Source: Ruditapes philippinarum
Taxonomy: Eukaryota
Assembly (NCBI RefSeq): GCF_026571515.1
Contig: NW_026867019.1
Coordinates: 124,001-188,000, forward strand
Direction: 5' to 3'
Length of the DNA: 64,000 nt
Numbering within the stretch: the stretch's first letter is position 1; each line of letters starts with the position of its first letter. Made by a program: the position numbers and the translations under genes. Under the pieces are notes generated by a model. That model did not search any database. It was not told the origin of the DNA and was given only the letters and a program-made list of their open reading frames with translations. Of this stretch, positions 1 through 13,243 are shown in pieces.

Positions 1-889
1 GTTTGAAATAGAACAGTTACGCAAGTCTTAAATATTTTATAGTTTTAAATTAAAGATTTAATGCCGAAATGTCTGGAACCAAAACGTCTTGGGTTATTTG
101 GGACCGGAACGTCTTGGTCCGAAATGCTCGAAATCGTACAAATTCATTCTCAATTTTCAGATTTTAACTGACAAAAACATCACAGTTTAAGAAAAATATG
201 AAAACTAAGCATTCTCTTTGGTAGTACTGAAAGGCATATTATAAACTCTTCACAAGCAGAGTTAAAACATGTCAATTTTAAAAAAGATTTATTATAAGAC
301 AATATCGCGAATTTGTGTGACATTTTACTTCAGCTGTTCAAATAATGATAATTAAATTTAAGAGTGCTTGCAATCATGCAATTATTTATCAAATACAAAG
401 TAGAAATAAATTGAACTGACCTTTTTGTTCAAGAAAATCTATAATATTCACTTTATCAATGCATCCCGATTCCTGACCGACAGCCAAAACGTAACGCCTA
501 CGAATTTGAATTTCCATCCACGTGACTTTAGATTCGAATTATAGGTTAATTATGTTTTCTTTCCCTTTTCTGTCACTATGATTAAATGTTAAAGCACTAT
601 TAAAAAACTCGTGATTTTGATACATATAATGTAAGACAAATGATAATGTTATAACGTTAAATGATTGGAACTTGTAAACAGATCTGTGGCTATAAATAGA
701 TTTCATAACAATAACACATGTAACTTGCCTATATACAGCGCCAACTACATGTTTTATTATGTTGCAGCGCCGCGATCTTGGTCTGTATTTATATAAGAAC
801 ACTTCATTTGTAATCCAAATAACATTTGAAAAAAAGTTTAAATGATTACAACAGCGAATAAGGATTATTTTTTGTTATTTTTTTACCTA

Positions 890-1054
890 CCGTCAGGACA
901 CCGACCAGAACCTGACGTTAGTACGACGTCAAAAAGAAACGTCTATTAGACATCGGTATTTTAACGTCAGATTTACGTCGTATTTTGGTCACCGACGTCG
1001 TGACCAAAATCTAACATTAATCCGACGTTATTTTAACGTCATGTGTTTGCTGGG
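890..1054. mobile_element. Remnant of a CACTA/EnSpm-like non-autonomous DNA transposon
   Basis: Ends in TGTGTTTGCTGGG (reverse complement CCCAGCAAACACA) and is packed with short GACGT/ACGTC subterminal repeats; the other terminus is not recognisable. Confidence 0.45.
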
Positions 1055-1521
1055 TAGTTGTTTCACGTTTTTAAGAGCCCGGCTTTTATACTTTAATATC
1101 AACTCTATTGATATATTTCGTCAGAAACATTTAGTTCAGGTATTCCTTTCAATCAAAACGCAAAACGCAAAGAAACACACACTACATGTACACGGGTATA
1201 TGAGCATATGTTTATACTTAAGACGGGAAATCATGATTTAAGTTTCAGAAATCACGTTTTCACAATATTATCCTCATTAATTCAGGACTTTGACTTCAAT
1301 GAATACACAAATTGAAAACGAAATTTCAAAAGTATGACATTTATAATTTATGAAATTAAACTCATAAGGTCCAGTTGTTCTATTATGAATCTGTGAAGTT
1401 GAAAAAATGAATTCAGAAAGTTGTAATTGTGGATTCGTGGTGCATTGATTAATACATAAAAATATGGAAACAAAGTGATCCTTCGGAAGCATTAATCCCA
1501 ACAAAATTACAAGAGAACTGC

Positions 1522-1602
1522 AGACCCGGTTTGATTGAGTCTGTACATGAGTGATACTGAAAACGTGCAAAATCCCTCACGCCCCATAGCACCGGCTTCA
1601 AC
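1522..1602 (+). repeat. Decayed copy of dispersed repeat family X
   Basis: cggtttgattgagtctg...cacgccccatagcaccggctt matches the copies near 40375, 62655 and 63690. Confidence 0.55.
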
Positions 1603-2229
1603 GGTACTTAATTCTCAAAACTTAACTGTGCTGGTATCAATGATACCGCAGGACAAGTAAAATATAACAACACTAAAGTAGAGTACAGGACAACTTTTAA
1701 CAGCTGCCACATAGCACTTGCCACCTGCTGTTGTGAAGTAGTATAAAGTCTCATGTTATGTATTAACCTGTATCTTTGAAGGTTATAAACGATTACATTT
1801 ACTAATATTAATTTTTAGCGATGTCATTTATTTAATGTGAGAAGGTCATGTTATTGTGACCAAGAGACATAACATAAAGACCGGAGAGTCATTTTTTTAG
1901 AGATATAGACCGGGTGTGTTATGTTTTTTACATTGGGTAGTGAAATGCGTCTAGTGTGGCAGTAATAACGTCTCTAGATCCACTGTGCCGCTGCTAATCT
2001 ATTTTGTTAGGTTAGGGAGTGTCGAGTGCCTTAAATCTTTCCTGCAGCTCAAAGCCTCTGTACTACAAGACTCCTTTCAGTGCTTCCCCCGCGGAAAGAC
2101 ACAGTAATTAAGACATTCGCTCTCAAGCTAAACTGAAAGGGGATCTCAGAGGAGCAAGCAGCAGGCCTGAAAATGAAGTGTGTAGCCTCACCAGTGTGTG
2201 GACATGCCTAGCTACTCATCAACCTTCCC

Positions 2230-3110
2230 AAACTATGAGAGATTAATAATAGCAAGTTACATATATTAGGAATCAGTGAATGCAGATGTTACGGACTTTG
2301 TAAAACAAGGTAACAAGTATGAGTGAAGTTTACTCAGGCAGAAGAGATGGTTAAACATCATGAAGGAGTAGCCAATCATCTTTTTGTAAAAACAGCAAGC
2401 ACAATAATTAGTAAAATACCATCCTGTAAATGAGGAGTCAGATTGAAAAGAAAGCCTCTACAGGCATCAATAATACAGGTCTATGCACCGACATATGAAA
2501 CAGATGATTAATTCAATCAAGCATTTTACCACGCTTCACAAGCTGAACTGCATAAGATCCTTAAAGCAAGATCAAACAATCATTATGGGAGAGCTAAAAT
2601 GCTAAAGTTGGGAGTGAAAAACTGGTTTGGAGAGTAAAATGGAAAGACGCGGTAGGGAACAAAATGGAATTTAAAACTCTGTGGGAAATAACAAATATGG
2701 TCATCGGTGGTACTTGTTTAAGTACAAGAAGATTCTTAAAAACCCTTGCATGGGGTTCGCTGGAGAAGAGATAAAAATAAAATAGAACCACATTGCTTTT
2801 TTAAATGGAAGATATCCTACAACATGGTATGAGTGAGAGTGAGGCGATGTTGGGAAGTGATCACCAAAGCTAGTTCCAGCCTATACTCAACATTTAAACC
2901 CATGAAAGTAACAACCCTGTAAAACAGGTTGAATGCGAAATAGCTACTGGTAAACTGAAGGCAGCAAAAAAGCCAGCTTTCAAAAATTGAACTTAAAAAC
3001 TGTTTCATATGATCAAAACGAATAAGAATGGGGAATGATGAGCAATGGGAGGGAGTATTGTACCTGAAATTTATGAAGCAAGTAAGAAGATTCTGGGTTA
3101 CAAAAAGGAG
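2230..3110 (+). mobile_element. Degenerate RTE-type non-LTR retrotransposon, AP-endonuclease region
   Basis: Frame-broken but ordered motifs LGISECR (~2266), GVA, IQVYAPT (~2472), IIMG..NAKVG (~2580), VIGGT (~2700), GSDH (~2853). Confidence 0.7.
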
Positions 3111-3211
3111 GGTTAATTTAATAAATACTTCAATATTTTTTTTGTATACATTATGAAAAATTGGTTTTTTATTAAATTTTAATAGAATGCATACATGTTT
3201 TCTATGCTTAC

Positions 3212-3585
3212 AAAGAAAAAGTTCCGGGTAAACCTCAGGTCAAAGGTAATATTGTGATAATACTGCCGACTCTAAATACAGCGGGAACAAGCCGTAAATA
3301 ACTGATATTGGTAACTATAGTTAAAATTAATTTCCTCTCGATTTTTTTAAACTATTACGATGTGTAAACCTACAATTTACGATAACAAAATCAAGAAATA
3401 TTAAAAAATTAGATAAAAGTTATAACGACCTCAAATGAACGTAGAAAAAATTAAAACTTTATGATTAATGTAAAAACTTGGGAAAGCTTTTTTAAAAATA
3501 TTATGGGATTATTACATGATTTTTGAAAAGAAAAAAACGTCAATGTGATCAAAGTTAAATTGACTTACAAGTGGATAACAATGTT
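3212..3585 (+). pseudogene. Relic of a family C (RRM) gene, coding exons 2 and 3
   Basis: gccgactctaaa (~3265) and gaaaagaaaaaaacgtcaatgtgatcaaagttaaa (~3525-3559) match C2/C3 exons 2 and 3; the intervening intron shares taacgacctcaaatg; multiple indels. Confidence 0.65.
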
Positions 3586-4383
3586 CAACAAACACTCTCA
3601 GAATACAAACTGCTTAAAGAAAAAGAAAGAAAAAGAAAATCTTTATATGCCCTGTGTCTTCAAACATTGAAATTGAGAAAATTAGATAATACACATGAGA
3701 CATCTATTAAACAGTCAATTTACAAATTTTATCAATAATTTGAATTCGATTAACAAGTAGAAGCCAATAACCATTGTTGTTGATCTTTTAAACAGTTCTT
3801 GTTAACACTTTTAAAGGACAACGTTCTAGTGACCGACGTTCAATCAATTACGGTTACGGGCTGTTTCTCTGATCCTTATGTGACATTTCGCTTATGAATC
3901 TTTAACTCTTATAAATCTTTAAATACACACATAAGAAATACAGTATTGGTACTGTAACTGTACTGCAGTCATTAAGCAAGTTCTGGTACTGATTCTGAAG
4001 TAGTTACACGAATACATTTTTACTACTGATACTGGTACTGCATTAATGTCCCCAACATTGGTAGTTGGAACTGCAATTTTTATAAAATATTGAAAGTGAA
4101 AACTATCATCACTTGTATTTGTTGTTAAATATATCCATAAACAGACTTTATGTAATTTTAATGTATATTGTGAAGGGAAGAATAATAGAGGGACGTTTTA
4201 TTGTAAACGAAGTTGTGTAAGTCCAACATAGGATTCAAAATTATTGTTCACATATTTTTTAGCATTTGAAAATTATTGACTTGAAGTTTCAAATAGTAAT
4301 TGTATTGGTTAATTAATAATCCTGGAACTTAAGTACAACATCCTTATGCATGTTGTAGGCAAGCAGGCTAGTAAGCATGCAGG

Positions 4384-4410
4384 TACACATACATACATAC
4401 ATACATACAT
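4384..4410. repeat. (TACA)n microsatellite
   Basis: Direct read of the tandem tetranucleotide. Confidence 0.9.
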
Positions 4411-6054
4411 ATTTTATGTTGATGCTTAAAGTAAAAAATATACTAGTACTTCATTAAAGAGTATTAAACTATTTTATCTTAATAAGTTACATATGGACAG
4501 AATTGATTAAAAAATATGATAATAATAGGTTCAAACAATTCATTTCTTAATAAGCCAATATTATTTATTACAATTAAATATCAAAATATAGTTTTATTAC
4601 ATTTTTCCTGAAGACATCAATAACTGCACTGAGTTTAATTAACATACATAAAGAATGAGAGCTTGGGGTTACCAAAATATACGCTCATTGACGGGGAAGG
4701 TTTTTATTTTATATATATCAAATGCAGTTTACCAAATAATTGACTTATCTAACCTAGTGCTGTATACATAATGATGTGTTATAACAGACATGGTAAAAAA
4801 TGTCTTATTATCAAATAATGCATAGATCAATACGCATAATTTTATAACGGAACAACTTTAACAACTAACTTTTATCGGGAAATGAACACTGTTGCAAATT
4901 TCTGCTTTCATATTCAACAAAATGAAATATTTACATTTGCTTTGACCTAATAATAACAAGCCGGAATCCTTTAATTCGTGTCAACTGTTTATTATTGCAT
5001 TATTTGCGAAACCGAAACAAAGAACTAAAAATAGACGCTTACATTACGGGGAGCAAAAATATAAAATACCTTTATAGTTTACCGCGTGTATTTACATACA
5101 ATGTTCAATGATGATTTTAATCCAAGGTAAATGCTATGATGATTAAGGTACCAAGGGTACACAGGTTTACTGCGCATTGAATGGTCACTACGCCGCCAGT
5201 CACCCACCCTCACGAAAAAAAATAAAGAAAGAAAAAAGATACTTATGCTTAATATATATGTAGCTTTTTGGGGAAAGGGGAAGGGGCGAAGTGTCAGCAG
5301 AACAACTCTGGGTGGGACTAGATCCTTTCATATAGTCGATTGATTAAGTCATATTAGGTCATATAGTCAATTAAGACAACTAGAACATACATTTGGTATA
5401 TGTTAGTGTTACTCAGCATGAATAAAATTAAATCATCTTGACCCGTCTGATGGCGCAGATTTAATGAAATTTGTTCTGACGTTAAATCGTAATTGTGTTT
5501 AAATCTTGAATAAACGAGATTGTAATTACTTGGTCATTTAGAATATACATATTTAACTTTTTAAAATAATGAGTACTCCCCCATTTTATTTCCTTTATCA
5601 TAACAAATGATGCTCATAATGGTCCAAGTATTACCAAGTCAAATAAAACATCAATTAATATTATTTTCAAATAAAGTACAATTCCTCAAAATTTCCCTGT
5701 TATAAACCTGTATGTTTATTTGCGGTTTTCTTCCAAAAAGATTTTCATATTAAGACATGTCCAATATCTTTCAACAGAAAGTTGCATTTTTAAAAAAAAA
5801 TTTGTTTAATTTGTTCACGTGCTTGTCAACATTCAGGTTTCTCTTGTAAAACAAAGCTATATGCTTCTTTATGCTGAAAATGGTGGTTTGAAATAATTCA
5901 ATCAGCAAGAAATATACTATACGCCTCTGTAACTTTTTCATAAAATGACTGGTGGAATGCATTTACGTAACACATATTTTTTCATTCATAACAATACCTT
6001 CGATAGCAATTCACATCTTCACTGATTATCAAGAATGGAATCAACAGTTTTATA

Positions 6055-6314
6055 TTTAAGTGGTGGTGTTTGCAGTTTACCGTCGGGATGATGGCAGTAA
6101 GCCACTCTGAATTAACCAGATCGCAGCGACCACATCGTTCCTAAGCATGCTACCAAGCAGTTGTATGTAACTGATTACTTCAGTACATACCACAGAAGAG
6201 GTACAGTACAAATGACCGAAGACAGTATTTCATGATCATTCACAATCCGCCAATCGAACCCCGGATTGCCCGATTCACAATCCAACACTCTACCTATTGA
6301 ACTAACCTGTCGGG
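6055..6314 (-). mobile_element. tRNA-derived SINE
   Basis: Minus strand begins cccgacaggTTAGTTCAATAGGTAGAgtg (A box) then GGTTCGATT (B box), followed by about 200 nt of non-tRNA body; no intact cloverleaf. Confidence 0.6.
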
Positions 6315-8005
6315 CTCTTATATTTTAATAAATGCTTCATATATCTTTATATTAAGCTCGAAGGTTTCAAAATAAGGATTACAGAAAATATAGGTTATTT
6401 ATAATTCATGTAATGCATTTTTAAACTGGGATCCACACAAATTACCTAGTTCTTAATAAAGAAGAACACATCACTCAAGTTTTATGACGTGACAGCTATT
6501 AATAAAATGTTTAATTTGATTATTCAAATGAATGCAAAAAGATATATTTTGAAATGGTATATAGTAGACCAAATATAAATGCGTTCAAATTAATTTTAAC
6601 CCAAAACTGTTAAAGATCGCACTTAAAATATATTTCAGTTTAATTCGAGATATATTTACTTCTTACCGTTTGCAGCCTTCCATCTTAAGGTACCCAATTT
6701 TTACATGTAACGATTTCAAATTTTATGGTTTTTTTATATTTTTGTGTCTTAGTGGAGCTCTTTTGATGTTTATTTTCTGTTTTTTACAAGTTTGTGTCGA
6801 GTCGAAACAAGCAAACCAAAGTATCACTGTTTTCGCCTCAAGCAATAAATTAGTATGGCAATAAAACAACTTATCATTTCCCTTTATTGTAGTGAAAATA
6901 TATACTTTTGCCAGGGTAAAATACAAGCATTTTCATTCTTTGCTTCATATATTTATCTTTTTACAACAGCAGCAGAAGCAACAGCAACACCATCAGAGAT
7001 TTCAACTTTGTTAGAAAATAACGAGATCTCTAAAAGATAATTCCGATTATGATATCACTTTAAATTCAATTTTCTTTATATGTTGATTCTGTATTATGGA
7101 CTTTTAAATATACTGATTAGTTGCTTCTTTTCTGGAGAGGAAACAAGACACTCTACTCCCAGACACTTCAATTTTATTCGCCCCACCCACTCCCCCTAAA
7201 ATTCTTTTATACAGAACACTCCTTAACACCTCTTTAAATTTTCAATAGTTTATATTTCAATATAACGCCTGTGGGTGAAAAGGCCAATGCCCGTAATATC
7301 TTGTGAATAAAGTGCCTGGGGCGATTTGACAAAAATTCACTGCTAATTTCAATTACTACCGGAGTATTAAGCTAAGCGTATACTAATTTTCTTGATTAAG
7401 AATTTTTCATAAAATTGGTGGGGGCTTGCCGCTTTAAGCATTTTTAGTGCTTTGATAAATATTTGCTTTAATGCCATTCTATGTGCGTATTTGTGCTAAT
7501 TCGGCCATCCTTTTTATATTTATAAATGGTCAAGAGTATTTTGTATGCCGATATTCAAATAAACCTGAAACTGTATTTATTGATGTTAATATGTGTTATT
7601 ATATATAATCGTACTGTACATGTATATTTACAGAGAACATTATCATGGTTATGTCAGGATCGGAAAAGCGGAACAAGATTTTAACGAACTTTTTTCCTTT
7701 TAGAAGGTTTTCATTTAATGACATAATACACCAACCTTAACAGTAATGGCGAGCAAGACAAAGCATTGTTAGGTTTTTGTTTTATTAAGAAAATTTAATT
7801 ATATTTTGTCATATACATGTATTATACAGTAAATAACATATAAACTTAATTTAATATTTGGTACGTTTTATTTAGGAGGAAACTTTTATATAATGCAATT
7901 GTAAGTTTTAAACATGTAAGAAATTGTCTTGTGATTGTAATATTTAAGTTATTTTGTTCTCACAATATTAAGAAAGTTCACAGAGCAGTTTCATATAAAG
8001 AATTA

Positions 8006-8197
8006 TCAGCGCCACAGGAAAATTGCTTGCGGAGTAATTATCTTTCGTCCACCTCCACAAATACTGGCACCATTACCTCCCGTCCCACCTGAAGCACTAC
8101 TTCCGGCTCCACTTCCTCCCCCACCGCCCCCAGCACCTTCAGCTTGGCCTCCCTGACCACCTGCACCACCTGAATTGTTCGAGTTAGTGTTGCACAT
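8006..8197 (-). CDS. Glycine-rich microprotein family A, copy A1 (63 aa, starts MCNTNS)
   Basis: Intact ORF paralogous to 12463-12657 and 32023-32217; 5'UTR intron 8205-8425 (GTAAGT...TTGACAG); AATAAA at 7867-7872. Confidence 0.8.
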   Translation of the reverse strand: MCNTNSNNSGGAGGQGGQAEGAGGGGGGSGAGSSASGGTGGNGASICGGGRKIITPQAIFLWR

Positions 8198-8425
8198 TTT
8201 TTCACTGTCAATTAAAAGTGTTTTAAGATATTAATTATAATCCGAATTACATATTGTCTAATAGAAAAACAACAACAACAAAAAAACAACAAATTAAACA
8301 TTAAAATAAGAATAAAGATACAAATAAGTACTGGAAGTAAAATATATACATCTTAAACACTGTTTGCTGCATTGTCACGTTCAATGTTGTATTAATTAAC
8401 TTAGTTTATAACGTCATCGACTTAC

Positions 8426-8515
8426 CTTTATATTGAAGATTTTCTGAGTTCACACTTTATCGAAGAATACTTGCTTTACTGAAAATACAAGTTTTGTCTA
8501 CCTTATACTTTTATA
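8426..8515 (-). promoter_or_regulatory. Non-coding exon 1 and core promoter of A1
   Basis: TATAAAAG at 8515-8508, TCAGT initiator-like motif at 8482-8478, then AG|GTAAGT donor at 8425. Confidence 0.55.
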
Positions 8516-9337
8516 ACATAGAATAGTAATGCATGTATGTATTAACTGAAGCATGAACTATATATAGCTTTACCGGTCAACTATGTTAGTGATATATGAT
8601 TGTTTTAAAAGTCATACAGACATTTTATCCTCCATTATTTATTACAAATAAACGCATACTCTCTGTTGTCATGACGTAAGCTTTTATGTGAATGGTTTGA
8701 ATAACAAATGTAATAATTGTAATAAGAAATGTAATAATGATAATAAAATGTAATAATTATTTTATTTTTTTCAAAATCAGCAGTAATTAATTAAAACGCT
8801 TCTGACAACCAAGTTCACTTACATATAAATAATAATTCAAATATTACAGTTACTGTATTAAAAGTGATTTAAGATATATTAATGATACTGTAAAGATTTA
8901 CCTTGTTAGCATACAACATACAAATGTATGATATGTATTCCTAGTCTTGCCTTTTTATAATAAAGACTTCATTATTTGGGAAACTAGCGACATACCCCAC
9001 AAACTTAATCTGAATTATTTATAGAATTGAAAAACCGTAATATTATGGCTTATTTGTGTCTATAAATAAAACAAAGTGCATGTCATATGATCAATTTAGT
9101 CATAAATGCGGTGATATGGTGACCTTGTAGAATTTTAACTTTTGTATGTTCCTTTATACTTTTATACCCGCTCTACTGATATTGTGACAGAAACATTTAG
9201 TGCATGTTATCATTAGGAAACCCACATTACATGTACAAATCAAGTCATAAAATCATGATGGGGGAGTCAATATCTTTTAAATGAAATAGACCGGGGAGGT
9301 GCTTATACTTCTATGGTGGTCACTTGACTTCGTTTCA

Positions 9338-9440
9338 CTGGTCTGCCACACACAAGGACCAGGATCGCCATCTTCATTGTCACGTCCAATTAGGATATTC
9401 ATTCCACTGTCTTAATCAACCCAAACTCTTCCTCTACCCT
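9338..9440 (-). pseudogene. Inverted relic of a family C Gly-rich module
   Basis: Minus strand reads NILIGRDNEDGDPGP then gtggcagaccag, versus NVPSGHDGEDGEPGP...gtggcagaccag in C genes; in-frame stop upstream. Confidence 0.6.
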
Positions 9441-10577
9441 ATATATCTCCCTCATAAAGAACAAGATAAATCGAAGCTGTTAACACACACACATACATAC
9501 ACGCATGCACGCACGCACGCACACATAAATAATACGGAAAATGAAAATGGAGTAAATTTAAATACGCTGTAATTTGTCCAATGAATTGTTCTTATGTATA
9601 GAATGTAAATAACATAATTATTTTAGAGCATTGCATTATCATTGCTGCATAATATACGAAAATGAAAGTAAGATTTATTGGTTAAAATATACGCAAATTT
9701 GAACCCACTGTTTACAAATTTACAATAAATTCAAATTAAATATTCCACGATGATAATAAAATACCCGAGTTACCAGTAACACGTCTCTTCTATAGGCATT
9801 ACATGATTTTTTTTGGCGTTTCTTTCTTTTTTTGAATTTTTTTCGTTTACCTCAAAGTTCTGATTAATATGATTCGAAAGCAAATTTATTTAGAAATGTG
9901 ATGTCTTTTTGATAAACACTTCATCATTGTGGTTTTATTAAATATCTTATAGCAGACATTCTGGTACCTGTATATATGAAAAATGATAAGTTCAAACAAT
10001 GACGGCGTCAGAGAAATAAGAACAACGTTAAAAAGCGCATGGTATACATGTCTTTTTGCAGACTTCACGTCTAATTGTGGACGTCGCTCAGCACATAAGA
10101 ACATCGTTTTATGAATTGTATACAATATCAACAAATATCTGACTTTATTATAAATTCAATTTGATTGAAAAATATATATGGTTTAGGGTTTTTCTTAATA
10201 TCATCTTTTTTATTTAAAGAGTTATAAGTAAACATGAGTTTGTTGTTATAGATAACTGATATTATCTTTTATTAATACATATATATAATTAGTCGTTACT
10301 TCAATAAAACAGATGACATTGTTGCTGGGACATACTAGTCAAAGATTGTTTACAAAAGCATTTTAAGTATATATATTTTTTTAAACTATAATTTCTATTT
10401 AGTAACGCAAAACCTTAAGACTATAAAACATGTAGTATTTCAATGAATCCATACCATCAATTGAAAAAAACTGATCTTTCATTAACTAAAACATTCTCGA
10501 AATAAAACGAATGATATCATAATTATAATTGAAGTGCTCTGAAGTATGGCGAGTCTTTATGTGGCGAATCGTCTCTA

Positions 10578-11413
10578 CACACATAGGCACTTATAACCCG
10601 ACACTGACTTTTTCCTTAAAAACATACGTTATTTGTGAACGGATTTTGTTTAGATTTGGACTTTACAAAATTCAATATATCATACTACTACTTAGAATTT
10701 TATTTACAATTCATTGATAAGAAAATAGAAAAAATAGCAAAACAAATAGGCTACTGTAAAAGGAAAAATCACAAAATGACTGTAAAAATCGTAACACAAT
10801 GAACAGTCTCTGAATCCTATAAAATATGTATGTTTACCAGTTCTAACACTTTATATGACCTCCCAATTGGCTATAACAAAGTAAACACCTCTGCCTCACA
10901 GTTCTTTATTTCTAAATAAGGACTTGCCCGTGTTCCAGGAAATTGCGAGGAACTTTTGGCTGCTTTCTTACACGCCTTTTCAATTCAGCCGACAAGTGCG
11001 ATGTTTAGATCTTGTAACTTGGAATGCAGGAGTTGCTTGAACTCGAGGAAGCCCTTATTCCGAAATGGAGAAGTATTCACTCCGTCATAACCACGAGACA
11101 GGTGTTTAAACTTTGTTATAGTCATGGGATGACACAGAAAGTATTAGAACTGGTTATTATACGGAATCAGTTGGATTTAGAGACTTTTCATCATATTACG
11201 ATATTTACAGTCATTTTGTGATTTTTCATTTTGCAGTAACATATTTGTTCTGTTATTTTCTCTATTTTCTTGTTAATGAATTGGCAGTGAAATTTTAGAT
11301 AATTAAGTATGGTATATTGAATTTTGTATGTTCAAAAACGGAAAAAAATCTGTTCTCAAATAACCAAGTTATACCGAAAAATGTAAGTGTCGGGTTATAA
11401 GTGCCTCTGAGTG
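10578..11413. mobile_element. Non-autonomous TIR transposon (MITE), TA target duplication, Tc1/mariner-like
   Basis: Imperfect inverted repeats of about 210 bp (aggcacttataacccgacact... / ...agtgtcgggttataagtgcct), TA at 10576-10577 and 11414-11415, no transposase ORF. Confidence 0.8.
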
Positions 11414-12462
11414 TATTGTGCGGCGACTGGCAATGGGACGAATCGTCACTAAAGTGGGTCGAGTCCTTGGGCATCATAACGCATCAGTTATTGATATATC
11501 TGATTTTGTTTGTAATCATCCCGGGGCATTTTGAAAATCTCAGACGTTTAATACTTCACATATTTAACTTTTTAAAAGGATATTATTGTTTCGTTAAGCT
11601 CTCATTAAACCATTTCTATGAAAGATTTGAACATTAACATATCTACAAAGCACAAGACACGACGCCATACAATGCAAAATTCAAATATATATAAAATTCA
11701 TATATACAAATTTGATTTCTATCCACACCCGACAGTTTACCGTATACTAAGAATAGTATTGTCAGGTCCTATTTCGTCTGTATCGTGTGCAATTATACAC
11801 GTGTATTTTGATAATACTGTCCGCTATATTTCAGTATTTAACTTATTCCGGGGAAAATTAAATATAATGTTGTAAGCAATTGATGTCCAAACCGTTTGCT
11901 ATATATTTATCGTTTATGACATTATCATACATATTTAAGGTGCCATAAAATAAGTTTAAACTAAACAATAAGTATTGTAATTCTATGGCGTATATAATAA
12001 TATAAAAGAAAAAAAATAACAGCATAAATGCTTCGATGCTTTTCGTATCCGAACGACTGGCCGTGTGCGATCATTGGATTCTATATGGATCAATAAGCAC
12101 CGTGAATTACATGTATGAATTGTCGATGTTGATGAAAAGAATGGTCAGGGACAATAACACACAACAATGTTATCAAAAAGGAATAAATTTATTACCATAA
12201 CATATACTTAATTTACATTATTGAATAATTACATGAGTTCATCATTTTCTGTCAAAGTTCAAACTGTCTTATGAACGCATATGATTGGTTTATACATCAG
12301 ATACCAAGTAACACAGTGCACATTTTTGATCGATATTGTTACAAATTTGTCTGTTTCAATGTTATGAAGATGATACCTGAGACAAACAAGAAGATAAGAT
12401 AATCGATATTGTTATATGAAAATGAAGTGATAGATAATAAAAGGAGCTATTAAAGTGTTTGT

Positions 12463-12657
12463 TCAACTCCATGGAAACAGGCCTGAAGGGTAGAGGTATC
12501 TTCTGCCTTCACTTCCCCATAACTTGCCGCCATGTCCACCGTTTCCACCTGGAGCATTACTCCCGGCCCCACTTCCTCCCCCACCACCTCCTGCACCAGC
12601 GGCTTTTCCTCCTTCACCTCCTGCTCCGCCTGAATTGTTTGATCCAGTATTTCCCAT
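12463..12657 (-). CDS. Glycine-rich microprotein family A, copy A2 (64 aa, MGNTGS... ends YLYPSGLFPWS)
   Basis: Intact ORF; acceptor TTAACAG at 12664-12665, donor GTAAGT at 13220; Gly triplet pattern conserved among paralogs. Confidence 0.85.
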   Translation of the reverse strand: MGNTGSNNSGGAGGEGGKAAGAGGGGGGSGAGSNAPGGNGGHGGKLWGSEGRRYLYPSGLFPWS

Positions 12658-13243
12658 TTTATTCTGTTAATTAGAACGAAGTAAATATACAATGATATCG
12701 ATGAAATGTATTTATATAACGGATAATGTACAAATATATGCATTAAGAATTGCGAATCTTAACTGAGTTTTAAACTTGTTATGTTTTAAACTGAGTAAAC
12801 AATGTTAAAGTTTTCAAGTCTACAATCTAATTAAAATCAGCTCCTAATTCAAGCTATGTATTAGATCTGATGGTCATTTCTTTGCGACCTTTTAAACAAT
12901 CAATCATCAGCGAGCTTTTACAAATTTCAATTTTGAAAGCAATGCTGTTTCTAATTTTAACCACTGGAATACCAATTCTGAGTAGGTTCATATAGCTGAC
13001 AAGTACAATTAAGGTAAGACTAATTCGGTGACAACAATATCTTAATGCAGGAAATAACGTAAGTATATATGAACTTAAGTCTGATTGCCAGACGTATTAT
13101 ATATAATTAAATTTAAATCAATAACGAGCACACTCCGATCAGCATAAAATTACACAAATAATTTAAAACTTTCGACACAATAACTTTCGATATAATATAT
13201 AAAGCTAAATCTTTACTTACAGAAAGTTATTGATATATCTTGA

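Noticed and set aside
60-135. CRISPR-like or regulatory short repeats (ccgaaacgtc-type), also at 10548-10575 and 11418-11465
   Set aside because: Irregular, no spacer structure, eukaryotic context; most likely fragments of a minisatellite-bearing MITE
6240-6314. tRNA gene
   Set aside because: A and B boxes are present but the stems do not close, and a SINE-like body follows
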